Assembly: GCA_030141605.1 (NCBI GenBank)
Contig: JAQGDQ010000515.1
Coordinates: 1-64,000 of the forward strand
DNA from: Tubiluchus corallicola
Lineage: Eukaryota > Animalia > Priapulida
DNA: 64,000 nucleotides
Direction of reading: 5' to 3'
Part shown: positions 10,420-24,433 of the stretch, piece after piece
Layout of the letters: every line of letters starts with the position of its first letter
How positions within the stretch are numbered: the first letter of the stretch is position 1
Program-made: the position numbers and the translations under genes
Notes under the pieces: generated by a model
What the model saw: only the letters and a program-made list of their open reading frames with translations
What the model was told of the DNA's origin: nothing
Databases searched by the model: none

Positions 10420-13400
10420 ATGATGAGGCAATTATTTTTGCTATTCGGCCTGTTGGCAATAGTAGGACGTAAGTACAACTTATTATTATTATTTTCTTTT
10501 GATTTATCTACTAATAAAAACAGTTACAACATTCGCTGAGAATATCGTCATTGTCTTGAAAGGAAGACAGGATGATTTTTCATATACCACCTAATTTTCA
10601 AACCCGATAAAAAGTATGCATTTTATTACAATTAACACTGCAAAAGCGTTGCTGATAATTAAATAATAGATTAAAAACTTAATTAACGGCGGGCGAGCCT
10701 AGTATTGATGACATCACAAACTAACATAATTTTCAACAACAAAAATATTCTACGAGGGTGTTGTACGTGTTTGCGAAACCCAAAATTGAAGTACAGTGCT
10801 ACTGTAAGATATTCAGTGTACTGTACTAAAACTACACAAGTTTTAAGATAAAAATTCAAATTTCAAATTTACCGCTCTGCTCACGCATAAGTTGTCGAAC
10901 GTGTGTAGTTCATCACAAACTAACACATCTGAACTGAGAGGTACAGCACTTGTTTTTTGTGCAATGCGTTTCCAAAATGCAAGCGCTTGAGTCCGTCTAA
11001 CTAGCGAATGGCGAAATGCGTGTAACAGCGAAGAACTAGTGGCGCGAACGTGAAACTGTGTTTGTGTAGTAATAATTCTTTCACGTAAGTCGTTTTTGAA
11101 AAAAATAGTGTTTCCTTTCAATATTTTAAAGAGCATTGGGTCCGGTTTCACTTGAAATTTAGCGAACACTAATTTATACATTTCGAAATTTCTTTACATT
11201 TTCATTAGAAAAGTATATAGCCCTAAATATGGGTAACAGATTTAATAATTGCGCAGTGGTGTTTAGCTATTCAAATTTTCAAATAAACAATGAAGAAACG
11301 ATTCTTTATTTCAAATTAAAGGAAGTTTCCCAGAAGCTTTGAGTTTCTGATTTCAGAGGAAATGATTGAAACGGCTTTTCTTTAAAAGGAAAAGGGAAAT
11401 TTACAGAATAAAGTTATATTACTTAGCACTACGTTTACCTGTTAGAAAAGCTTAAGTAACTAGAATAGAAAACTCTTAGTAATTTAAAATGTTTGCGCCA
11501 GCTGTTAAAACGTCACTGACCCACCTTCCCAATGGGCAACAGTGGTTCACCAAAAACGTATTTTTAGTCTTATTGACAAAAGATCAAATAATTTAATCTT
11601 TTGCTTAGTTAGCGAATTGTGCTAAAACACTCTAAACATTTTTTTAAACTTTACGCAATGTTATCTAAATTTGTTTAAAACGACCTGCCGTCAAAATGGC
11701 TGCGTTGTTGGAGAGGGGAGGTTTATGCAGTGTTGCTGCAATGCAACAAGACAGCATTTAAGTGATATGAAATTTCAAATTTATGGAAGTATTTTCTTGT
11801 GCTTTAACGCATGCGCTATTTAACTTTCAGACTATTACTATAAACTACACTCCCATCTCGTACTAAGTGTTTTAACGTGATGCATTCCGTGATTGTAAGC
11901 AAGTGAAATACATTACCAGCTATAATGACATGATTTACGCATGCCTAATACAATGTTTAATCTCTGCATACATTTATTAGTATGTTAAGATGAATTATTC
12001 TTGATTGCTTTTCGTAGTTGCCAATGCTCAATGCAATGGATTCTGGGTTGAGTACGATAGACGTGATTATTGTTTCGCCCAGGAATCCCTAAACTGGTTC
12101 GAAGCAGAGCAAAGATGCATTCAGAGTATGGGCAGCCTTGTGGGAATTCAAACCGTAGAAGAACAAGCGTTTCTAGTGACAAACATAATCATACATTTGG
12201 GCGAAAGTAAGTACAACTATATGACAAAGTAATAAACTTAAGATTCTACATTATGAGCAAAAATGCAAGTGTTGACTGTGATAAATCTTTGTTGCTGACT
12301 TGATCTTTACCTCAACATCGGAATTTTGCTATTGCTGAATTCTCCATGCCCGATTACCTATAAAATCCGCTTTATTGCAACACCTTTCATTTTTAACACT
12401 TTTGCCCTTGTCACGTGACCTGGTCACGCCCACTTTACGAGATTCTTACCCACACACGCATAAATAGTAACTCCTAGTCCAACACTGTAAAAGGAGTTGA
12501 AGGACAAAGTCATTCTCCCTAATTTCCATGTTTTGGATCTTTCTGCTTTGACCTAGGTGTCACCATTCCTGTGTCGCTTTCTGGCTACCTATGTCAAGTG
12601 CCTACCCTGCAAGATCCATGTTCTTATACTTATGGACTTACTGACCACACCTCATACTAACACTTTCATCTATGACACGTGACTACGGGTCGTATCAAAA
12701 CATTAGACGTAATAGGTTGAAAATACACTACCACCCATCTCCAAATATGGATTTATGATTGTGTATATATCAGCCTCGCGTTTATATATTGAGCCTCTAC
12801 ACACAATCATTTGTTGTGTGTTAGAGTAAAATGATTAGGTTGGTTGTGTAGTGGTAGTACGTATGTGAACGATGTGTGTAGCTGTTTATGAACGTTTGAG
12901 TAATGGCAAAGCTATAAGACTTTGATTAGGAAATAACACTTTTATTAAGTAACATCACAATATAATAAGATGAACAGCAATGCCAAAAGCCCCCTGATCT
13001 CTTTGACTTCCTCGGCCTGACTCCCTAGTCTGGAAGCCCTGTGGCGGATGGCTTCACAGCATCCTTGCCAGGCTGCGTGCGCAGCCTGACAAAATGGGCA
13101 ATTCCTTATTTGGAAGTCTGACGAATGAGCAGTCACGTGACGCCGCACCTTAATTTCCTTATTTGGATCTGGCTCCATGAATGCTCTTCGTAGCATAATT
13201 ATCTGACATTTAACATATTTTAATAGATTCTCTTTACTGTTAGTAGGTTGTATAACCTAGCACCCTCGAGGTTGTTGTTAATGTATTTTTTGCTTAGCCC
13301 TTATATCTAAGCATATCGCGTAACTGCTTGTGGTGTAATACCATTTACATAATAATTGTAGTTTGTCGTGCTTTATACGTTTGAAACGATGAGCATCTTC

Positions 13401-14470
13401 TGAAGAGAATAAGAATTTTTTGATACTGGTCGCTAAAATCCAGCTCCTTTGAGGATTCAGCAGCGTCATAAGCCTATAGGTAAATGCGGCCCCAGGACAT
13501 GTAGACCTAGTCGTACGTTTCAGATAGACTGGTCTCTTAAGTCTAACTCATGCATTGCTTCAAAAAATATTGTTGAAAAATTGAATAATATTTGATCCTC
13601 TATTAATATCAGTGAGTAAATTTCATGTTACTTGTATAAAATTTGTTTATTTGGCTAGATTACACACCATGGGTTGGTGGCACTGACCTAGGACGAGAGC
13701 GTGACTGGTACTGGTGGGGACTTGCTGAACCAATAACTGGTTACTCAAACTGGTAAGTCTAGATTCACTAATCTCATACGCGTACGGGAGTAAGTTTCTT
13801 AACGGGTGGGGGCAGAAAAAATTTGCCCTGAAAATGTTTTAAGTTGTCGTAGTTCAGACGTGTACAGACTAACAAACGTGTCTAAGAAACAGTATTTACT
13901 CTTATAGGTCTTTTGTTTAAGTTTATTTGTATTTGCAATTAAAGTTTGCATGTATTTTTATTCAACATAACATTCACAGATATACTTTTTCAAACATTTC
14001 AGAAATTCAAAAGAATTAATGGTGATGGTTTATGTTTTCCTTTTTGCAAACATGTTTATTACCTTGCCGATACATCATAAGCAAGTAGTTAAAAAGAGTA
14101 ACTTGCAAAGGATTTATGAGCTTAGTGAATTAAAGTTGGTAAGAGGCACTAATATTATTAACAAGTCATTAACTTATTTCCCTGTGCTGTCAATAACCTC
14201 ACTGCAGCTACTTTTACTCCTCTTTCGGATTTTCCAACTTTTAAAGTAAATGGTTGATCTCATTCTTACGAAAAATAGATGGGCAATGAGCGTCTTCTTT
14301 GTTTTTAAAGGGAGGTGGGCGCACCAAGCGGAAGTCATCCCGGAAATGACTGTATGATATTGAAGTCAGAAAGCAACTGGGAATGGACCGACATCGATTG
14401 TACTAACGAAGACTTCAAAATCGTTCATGGTTACATTTGCGAGGCGGATAACAACTGTGATCGCAACTGA
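10420..14470 (+). CDS. Secreted single-domain C-type lectin, copy 2 (4 exons)
   Basis: Exons 10420-10468 (MMRQLFLLFGLLAIVG), 12018-12206, 13659-13752, 14311-14470; same intron positions and phases as copy 1. Motifs WFEAEQRC, WVGGTD, YSNWEVGAPSG, DCM, WEWTDIDC, YICE. Confidence 0.92.
10561..11152 (-). mobile_element. Kolobok-like MITE family A copy, in lectin 2 intron 1
   Basis: Reverse-complement homolog of 30742-31371; termini AGGAAGACAGGA...TCCGGTTTCACT, flanked by TGAA on both sides. Confidence 0.75.
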
Positions 14471-15196
14471 AGTGCCTACTAATGAAACAGGAATGACATC
14501 TTTAATAAAATAACCATTCTAGCCTAGGTTGAATGTTAGGATTCTTTTAGACTCACTAATTATTACGTTAGAAATTTCTGTTTTGAATGTACCCAGAATG
14601 GTAGTACACATGATTTGCACTAAGAAATTTGCTTTTCCTTGTCGCACTAATAGCTATTGTAACTGTACCAAAACTTGCAAAAGATTCATTTTGACGTATC
14701 CATCTTTCATCAATTCTCGTAATACAGATATCTTGCTAATGCTAATACAGTTTCTACTTCCCCTGTATCAACTTGCTGCAGTCTCCCCTACTGTGACCAA
14801 GAAATTTCGTTACTTTTGCATACCATGTACTCTTACATGTCAAGTTTATTACGGAGATATGCCAATATACCAACGATTTTGTTGCTTTGCTTTCCTGAGT
14901 GCAAGCTATACATACAACGTACAGGTTATGTATGCATATTTGTAGGATAAGACAAATGATGTACGTAGCTTTAAAAGGATCCAATTAAAATAACACAATG
15001 TTTGTAAAATCATGTTTGTGGTCATTATAAATAAATCTGCAGTTTGCAAAATCATGTTTGTGGTCATTATAAATAAATTTGCCATGGTTTAAGCAGGAAA
15101 AGCTTTGTCTTCTGAAACGTTTGTACAAATCTGTACATATATTGTGATTTGTGTTGCATCGTCTGGTAGTGACTGGTAACAGGTGGAAAGGAAAGG

Positions 15197-15392
<196 letters not shown>

Positions 15393-15471
15393 CGTTTCTC
15401 TTTTCTGCATGGTCACTTTCGCCATCTAGTGCTAGCTAAAGACACTTTCATGTTTAATAGTTTTTACTGAA

Positions 15472-18192
15472 CGTCCCCATGTCCTAAATATACATGTCCC
15501 TATAAGGACCTTGTCAAGAAAGGAAAGCAAAACATTTAACAAACCTTGGATTACTCCAGGGCTATTAACTTCAATTCAAAAACGAAGCACAATGTACAAA
15601 ACACATAAAATATCACCTTCGGAATATGACAGAAACATATATAAAGTATACTCAAATAGGCTGAATCATCTAAAAAACATTGCTAAGAAAAATTTTTACG
15701 AAAACTTATTTACAGTACACAGCAACAATATAAAAAAGACATGGATGAATATTAATAACATACTGGGTAGAAATAACAAAACTCAATCTGCACCTGAGAA
15801 ACTCAAATACAATGGCCGCACATTAACAGATAAAATGGAAATTGCAAATGCTTTCAACAACTTTTTTCAATCTATTGGCGAAAATATGGCCAAAAAAATT
15901 CCACCATCACTAGTTAGTTTTGACTCATATCTAACAAACAGAAATGAAAAAACAATATTTTTTTACCCAGTGACACAAGCCGAAATAAAAGCTGAAATTA
16001 ATAAGCTCAATGAATCAAATTCTACTGGTCACGAAAACGAACCTAATAAATACTATAAGCTTGCTGCTAATAAAATTGTCCCCATTTTAACCCATCTTTT
16101 CAACCTATCAGTTACACAAGGAGTCTTTCCCGACTTTCTCAAAATAGCTAAAGTGACACCTGTATTTAAAGCTGACTCACCCGAGGAACCAACAAATTAT
16201 CGTCCAATTTCTATACTGTCTCCTATATCTAAGATCTATGAAATTATTATATACAACCGCCTCATCAATTTCCTAAATTCTTGCAGTGTACTCACAAAAT
16301 GCCAATTTCGATTCAGAAAAAACCATTCAACTGCTCTAGCTACAGCAGAGCTCATTGAAAACATGCTCAAGAATTTAGATAATCGAACTTATACATGCGG
16401 AATTTTTCTAGACTTATCTAAAGCTTTTGACTCAGTCTCCCATCATATAATCTTACATAAACTTAATCACTATGGCATACGAGGTAATACATTAAAATTA
16501 ATAACAAATTATCTAATAAACAGACAACAATATACAGTGGTACAAAACAATGCTTCTAATTTACTTAAGATAAACTGTGGAGTACCACAAGGGTCAACAT
16601 TAGGACCACTTTTGTTTCTTATATACATGAACGACATGCCGCTTGTTACCAACTTCAATACACGCCTCTTTGCTGACGACACAAACCTATTCCTTAATGA
16701 TTCAGACATAGATCGCCTCCAACAACGAACGAACGAAGAACTCAAAAAAATCTCAATTTGGATGAAAGCCAATAAACTATCTGTAAATTATGCAAAAACT
16801 AAATATATGATAATCAAACATAAATCATCTTCAAACGATGTTATTCCTTTTACGTTAAAAATGGACAACAATGAAATTATGCAGGCTACATCGATAAAAT
16901 ATCTTGGGCTTTATATAGACAACACTTTGAAATGGCAGACACATATACAAACAATAGCACAAAAAATTAACAAAATAATTGGTTTATTCTACAAAATACG
17001 ACACTTTATTACCAAAAAAACACTGCTAATACTTTACTATGCACTAATATACCCCTATCTACATTACTGCATTCTTTCTTGGGGTAGAGCAAAAACCACT
17101 ACTCTTCACCCATTAATTACTGCCCAAAACAAAATAGTCAAATGTATTACTTTTTCTGCCTACAGGGATCGAGCTACGCCTTCATACAAATATCTGAAAC
17201 TACTAAAGCTAGCTGATATATACAACTTGGAATTACTTAAGTTTATGTTTAAATACAAACACGGCATTTTACTTACTCTTTATACAAATTATTTCCAAAA
17301 GGTTAGCAATATTCATACTTATGAAACACGAGCAGCAACAAGTGGTTTTTATTACCAGGCCCGATATAAAACATCATTTGGCCTAAACACACTGCAACAT
17401 AATGGAATCAAACTTTGGAACGCCTTAGATACTTTAATAACCACCTGCTCATCCTTATTACAAATAACTAAAAAGTACAAAAAGCGACTAATTGAAAACT
17501 ACATTTAGTATACTATAGTTAAATTTAATCGAGCTGGAAAATAACATGATGATATTGCATAAAATTGTATTTTTTTGTACAGTACAAAGACCTTAAATTC
17601 ATCACTTTTTTATTTATTCTTTGTGTTGTTTAGAAACCGAATACATCTAAAAATCAAGTGAATCTAAATGAATTGTTTTTGTCGAAGGCATGTAGAAATC
17701 TTTTGAACTGTAACTACACGTATTCAGAAAGTTTTATTTATTGCATGAACATATTCGCTTACTATGCTTTGCCTCCAGAGTGAATGTTGCATCACAAAAA
17801 TTCTGCTCGCATAATTATATATTTTATTCTAGCCTTGTTTTGATTTTTTGTTTTCGCCTTGCGAAGATTTTTGTTACTGTTGCTTGTAATATGTTTGGCT
17901 TTAAACTGAATTCTGTTTTTGCTGTTGAGTTTGATTTTGTTGCTTTTGTGTGTTATAATTTTTGCCCCTAGTTGAATCCTGTTTTTGTTTTGATTATGAT
18001 AATTTCTTTTGTTTTGAGTTGAATTGCGTTTGTTTTATGAAAATGTCATCACCCTGTAAATAAACTTTTAATAAGGGGCAGCTGACCAAGTAACCAATAG
18101 GTCTTTCGCTGCTCCTTCTCGGCTACAATGAAATATGTAAATAACTATTAATTTTAAACTGCTAATGAGAAAATAAATTGAATTGAATTGAA
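15472..18192 (+). mobile_element. 5'-truncated non-LTR retrotransposon (CR1/L2/Crack group LINE)
   Basis: RT ORF lacking the endonuclease; long 3' UTR with stem-loop (aaggggcagc..gacc...ggtc..gctgctcctt, ~18073-18117); AATAAA followed by a (TTGAA)n tail at ~18172-18192; possible TSD tactgaac/tactgtac. Confidence 0.88.
15511..17508 (+). CDS. LINE ORF2 reverse transcriptase (N-terminally truncated)
   Basis: KPWIT, NYRPISIL, FLDLSKAFDSVSH, GVPQGSTLGPLLFLIYMND, LFADDT, KYLGL; 665 codons without a stop. Confidence 0.92.
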   Translation: MSRKESKTFNKPWITPGLLTSIQKRSTMYKTHKISPSEYDRNIYKVYSNRLNHLKNIAKKNFYENLFTVHSNNIKKTWMNINNILGRNNKTQSAPEKLKYNGRTLTDKMEIANAFNNFFQSIGENMAKKIPPSLVSFDSYLTNRNEKTIFFYPVTQAEIKAEINKLNESNSTGHENEPNKYYKLAANKIVPILTHLFNLSVTQGVFPDFLKIAKVTPVFKADSPEEPTNYRPISILSPISKIYEIIIYNRLINFLNSCSVLTKCQFRFRKNHSTALATAELIENMLKNLDNRTYTCGIFLDLSKAFDSVSHHIILHKLNHYGIRGNTLKLITNYLINRQQYTVVQNNASNLLKINCGVPQGSTLGPLLFLIYMNDMPLVTNFNTRLFADDTNLFLNDSDIDRLQQRTNEELKKISIWMKANKLSVNYAKTKYMIIKHKSSSNDVIPFTLKMDNNEIMQATSIKYLGLYIDNTLKWQTHIQTIAQKINKIIGLFYKIRHFITKKTLLILYYALIYPYLHYCILSWGRAKTTTLHPLITAQNKIVKCITFSAYRDRATPSYKYLKLLKLADIYNLELLKFMFKYKHGILLTLYTNYFQKVSNIHTYETRAATSGFYYQARYKTSFGLNTLQHNGIKLWNALDTLITTCSSLLQITKKYKKRLIENYI

Positions 18193-19460
18193 TACTGTAC
18201 TCTACTCTCATAAATTGCACAGTTCTCTCCGTTTCCCGTTTTTTGTTTACCTTTTCAGATTTGGTTCTACATGGGTACTTTCGCCATCTAGTGCTAGTTA
18301 GAGACACTACATTTCATTTTCTAATTGTGCGAGTTATGAGACATTAATAAGATGTTTTCCATGTATAGAAACTGTATTCTCGAGCTCTATTTATCGCTAA
18401 TGATGATTTAAGATCTTTCTTTTTTCAGTAGTGGTCCAGCTCTTGTTTGCATTTTAATAAATAAATTATATATTATATAGTTGCCTGTAGTGAAGAAACT
18501 ATTGCAACACGCCGATTTTGTTCAAATATAATAATAGTTTATTAACAAAAACTCAAACTCAAATAGGTACACAATGAAAAACCAACAAATGCAAAAGTGA
18601 CAAGCATGACTCGAAAAATCGTGATTAAATAAATAAAAATGAAATTAATGCACTATTCAACTGATTATTATTAGGCCTATATTTGCTCAAATTACCACCA
18701 AATCACTTTTTCATAATTTGTTTTTCTCACGCACTGTAAATATTTTATTGGTTTCGATATTCCACTGATGTGTTATTTAATTCGTATGCCAATTTGTAAA
18801 GAAAAGTGTTGCAAAGTTACTGAGGAATCCGTTTGACAATACCTGACGAATGCATGTACCTTTTTTCTACATCAGTCACGTAATGTAAAGCAAATAAGAT
18901 GAGAACATAAAATGCACCTGAAATATTTGCTACTGTCGCCAGCAATTTCGTTGGCAATGGCACAAGCGACGAGTGCATTCATGCCGTCCTTAGCCGTTTT
19001 CATGAGCAACTATACGAACTGGAAATGTTGTGTACAAAAGAAACGAACTTGACCGCAGAGGCATGTGTTGCAGTTGGTTCGTATTACACACATCCGGATG
19101 ACAGGAATTCACTACAACATTGGTGTCTGGAAAAGTAAACAGGTATAAAGAAAATGATGAAAAAAAACACAATTATTGTATACTATACGATGTACCTGGG
19201 ACCAAAAAAACAACTCGATTAGTTTTGGTATTTTCTCTTTGTTTGCTATAAATTGACCAAAATCTTGGATGAAAAATTGTTGAAGAACAAGGAGATTTAC
19301 GAATGCCAAATCATACGATACAGCTTACACTTGACATTGTTATGCTGATCATAATCAAACATGACAAAATGACTTACTTCTTCTAAATGGGCGGCAACGT
19401 ACGGGGTGTAAAAATTTATTGGTCTATAAACCATCGATCGTAATTGTAAAAGCACCAGTT

Positions 19461-20744
19461 TCAGGAAATCATTTTCCTTTCAATGCATTTTCTAAGCAGC
19501 AACAGAACTTTTAAGCGAATTTGTACATCTTGAATAAACCCAGACGCAGGGTCCATGACGGTGCTAAACTGTGCAATATTTATTGCTTTCCATGGCCCTT
19601 TCTTTGTATCTTCATTTAGGAAAGTTTTGAGTGACCTTTGTGGATTATTGTTAATCACTTCAATGTAACTGTTTTTACATATTCTACGTAAAGTAAGAGA
19701 AGAGGAATGAACTATTAAATTCAAGCAACAGCCTTCACCACGGTTATCTCTAGTGTAAAGAAAAATTTTAAGCTCATGAGCATCACCAATGATTGCAATC
19801 TTTTCTAATACACGAAGTGTACATCCTCCTATTTTTAAATTATTAATTATCTCAACAGGAACAGCACACATGACTGACACGACTTCTGCGTAGTTTCTCT
19901 GCGTTTTTGGAAATATTGATTCTGATGCCACTTTTTGATGGTAAGTTATTAGAACATTTTCTTGCTCCTCGGCATTTAATATTCCAGTTGCTACCGGTCC
20001 TTTGATGAATAACTCTGGATCCATTGTGGGAAATCTGATCTGCAACAAAATGTCACATAAGACTGTTCTCTTGTTGAACACATTTTGCTCTAGGTTCTTT
20101 CGCTTGCATTCAGCATCAGCCCATCTTAAAACTGCATCAAATAGTTTCCCCTCTTCAGTAATTGTCAGTTCATCAAGCTTGACAATCCTCAATAAGCTGT
20201 CATAGCTCAAAGAAGTAAAACTGTCGGACTCTATAACTTCTTCCGTCTCGACACTAATGACCTCCAAACAGTTCATCTCTACATCTCGCCTTTCATAGAA
20301 ACAAGCAGCTGTCAGAATGGTACAAACACTGTCAGTTGTGATTTCAGATTTAAGGAAACCAATAGCCAATTTTTCAAGTTCACGAATGTTGTATTTTTTA
20401 GCTAAGTAAAGTACCAAAAGAACATTATCACCAGTTAATTCAGCTTTGTCAGTATAAATGAACCTCAAAAGCAGCAGGAACACGTCAGGTTCAACGTCGG
20501 TTATTGGTACGACATCACCAAGTTTATGACACAGCGGCCCAAACAGCATCGTCTTAAAAACCTCACTTCTGAGTGCAAGTACGTACCGACTGGCGTTGAT
20601 GATGGTTTCACCAACTGAAAAAGTTACATCACATAATTCCTGGAAATCTTCGTTACCAAAAACATAATCGTATCTCTGGTTCCAGTTGCCCATCGCATCA
20701 ACCCTTTCAGCTAGAGTTTGCGGCTCAGCTAATGAAGTGGCCAT
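19461..20744 (-). CDS. BTB/POZ-BACK protein with C-terminal MATH-like domain (BTBD1/2/3/6-like N-terminus), intronless CDS
   Basis: CDVTFSVG..RYVLALRSEVFKTMLFG, DVEPDVFLLLLRFIYTD, LYLAKKY, LFDAVLRWA, IRFPTM; C-terminal W....F..VMDPASGFIQD..I...V matches the end of a MATH domain. Confidence 0.88.
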   Translation of the reverse strand: MATSLAEPQTLAERVDAMGNWNQRYDYVFGNEDFQELCDVTFSVGETIINASRYVLALRSEVFKTMLFGPLCHKLGDVVPITDVEPDVFLLLLRFIYTDKAELTGDNVLLVLYLAKKYNIRELEKLAIGFLKSEITTDSVCTILTAACFYERRDVEMNCLEVISVETEEVIESDSFTSLSYDSLLRIVKLDELTITEEGKLFDAVLRWADAECKRKNLEQNVFNKRTVLCDILLQIRFPTMDPELFIKGPVATGILNAEEQENVLITYHQKVASESIFPKTQRNYAEVVSVMCAVPVEIINNLKIGGCTLRVLEKIAIIGDAHELKIFLYTRDNRGEGCCLNLIVHSSSLTLRRICKNSYIEVINNNPQRSLKTFLNEDTKKGPWKAINIAQFSTVMDPASGFIQDVQIRLKVLLLLRKCIERKMIS

Positions 20745-21082
20745 CCTTTGACGAACGAAATTTACTGAATTACTTTAGTTGTACATTCACTATGACTGAC
20801 TCAACAACTCGTGAACAAAGTCAGCGTGCCACAGTAGTTTACTGCATTTTCTTGCAGCGGTAAAGGTAGCAACGTTTGGAGGAAAAATAGCTTCCAGTGT
20901 GTTTAGCAGTTGCAAGAAAAAGCGTCTAATGCAACAGCAATGCCTGCACACATAATCTGATTTTTAAGTTGCTTAATTTTTAAGTTAAATCGCCACAAAA
21001 CGCAACGCAACTGCTGCTGAAAGACAGGTGCACCCCCACATCGCAATAGACTCTTCCACTTGTTTTTGCACAACGTATAGTA

Positions 21083-21430
21083 CAGGGTGTCTATAAAGTC
21101 TCTTTACAATTTTAAAAATTTATCACAAAGTCAGTTGACAAGATATCCTAACAGATTAGTTTTGTTTTATTCAGTGTTTATCTGAGTTTGAGATAACATT
21201 GAAATTTCGCGTTTTATGTAGGTCTCCTGTTGGTAGAAGGATCTTGTTAACTGAAACCGCAAAATGCGTACCCCTCAAGAGAAGGCACAGTGTGTATCAT
21301 GGTTTATTGGAACAAACTCGTATGCGCAGACTCAGCAAAACTACAGAATTAAGCATGGAAGAGATTCATGGGGTTATGTGAAAGACATCGTGTATCAAAC
21401 AAAGACACGGGACATTACTGACTTGACGCT
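21083..21430 (+). mobile_element. Internally deleted Tc1/mariner-superfamily element (DUF4817-type N-terminus)
   Basis: TA + CAGGGTGT terminus; ORF 21264 MRTPQEKAQCVSWFIGTNS..QTQQNYRIKHGRD is fused directly to the late transposase motif WGYVKDIVY..K.RDITDL, so the catalytic core is missing. Confidence 0.75.
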
Positions 21431-22289
21431 GTTTTTCATCCAGGCAATATTTCCATTTTACTAAGTTCAAAAAATTTCGTTAATAAAGCTGAAAACACGT
21501 TCTTTTTTTGAGTAGTTTTACTGCGATGACGAAAATGCTCTACTGTGTAATGAGGAGCCCTATGAAAGTTTGAAAGAGTAGTCCTCGTGGATATGCATTT
21601 TTTACCATAAGGGATTGTACAGCATTGACAGCGGCAATTTATAGCCACTCTGGGATTTCAGGCATGGGCACCGGCATTTATTCATTCCATTTATTTACAT
21701 TTATTCGTTTGTAAACAATTAACAGAAATTACAGTACACTTTCTACAATGCTTAACAAATACGATGTAATTTATATTCACTACTTCATTCTGATTAAGCT
21801 ACTGTATACTCCATATATTAAGTTAACATAATTCTCATGCATACATAAGTAATTCGGCTACTAGTCAGTTAAAATGAAACATCTAGCTAGAACAATCGGG
21901 TAAATCAGCAGGTCATGTTAAAATTAGGGTATCACACAGATAGTTGGTTTACATGCAAAAAGCTGCAACTTACAATAGGCATCTTTTAATAGCATTAATG
22001 GCGACGTTCTCTGCAAACTTCTGTAGAGGTGATTTGTAAGTACAAAAGATCAGTTACCATATACTAGACAACGAAATGATTGAAACTGGAGCCGAATTTA
22101 ACAGCCGTTCTGCATGTGGCTGACATGGGGAGGGGGTTTGGGGGTGGCACTGTCAATAGTTCATAATCAGTCTTCCACAGCACAATGCCAACGAGTTTCT
22201 TCTTTATACGTTTGTATATTTTAGGGTACACCGGACAGCACTAATCCATATAAGACATCAGTCGCACTGATGAACACAGTTAAAGAAGA

Positions 22290-22875
22290 TGATTTTCTTT
22301 TTAATTCATTTTCTATACAACAGCACAACTTTTATGCGAATTTTTCCATCACTAATAAACCCAGAAGCTCTGCAATATTATTCTGATACCACCAAAAACT
22401 TTTCACTTCTTCTGAACTTGTCTTTATTTTCAAATGTTCTGAGTGACTTTCTTGGATCATTGTTAGTCACTTCAATCCATCTGTTCTTACATATGCTGTC
22501 AGACGTAGAAGCAAAAGCGAAAAGTAAAACTTGTAATTTCAAGCAGCAGTTTACACAATAGTTATATCGAGTAACTTAATATATCTAATTTAATATATGC
22601 TTAATTTAATATCTAAGCAGCAACAGAACTTTTATGCGAATTTTTCCATCATTAATAAACCCGAAAGCAAGGTCCACGACGGTTCTAAACTGTGCAATAT
22701 TTCTTGCTGTCCAGAGCCGTTCCTTTTCATCTTCATTTAGGACAGTTTTAAGTGACCTTTGTGGATTATTGTTAATTACTTTAATGTAACTGTTCTTACA
22801 CATGCTACATGAAGTAGAAGACCAAGAAGGACGAACTACTAAATCCAAGCATCAGCCTTCAGCACGGTTATTGGA
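22290..22875 (-). pseudogene. Two additional degenerate tandem copies of the MATH-domain 3' end of the BTB gene
   Basis: 22606-22848 translates to CKNSYIKVINNNPQRSLKTVLNEDEKERLW..NIAQFRTVVDLAFGFINDGKIRIKVLLLL; 22290-22570 is a more decayed copy. Confidence 0.8.
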
Positions 22876-22879
22876 GCAG

Positions 22880-24433
<1,554 letters not shown>

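Noticed and set aside
10843-11181. Recurrent ERIITTQTQFHVRA peptide in ORFs at 10843, 30833, 58749
   Set aside because: Same MITE sequence translated in several copies; frames are not conserved, so non-coding.
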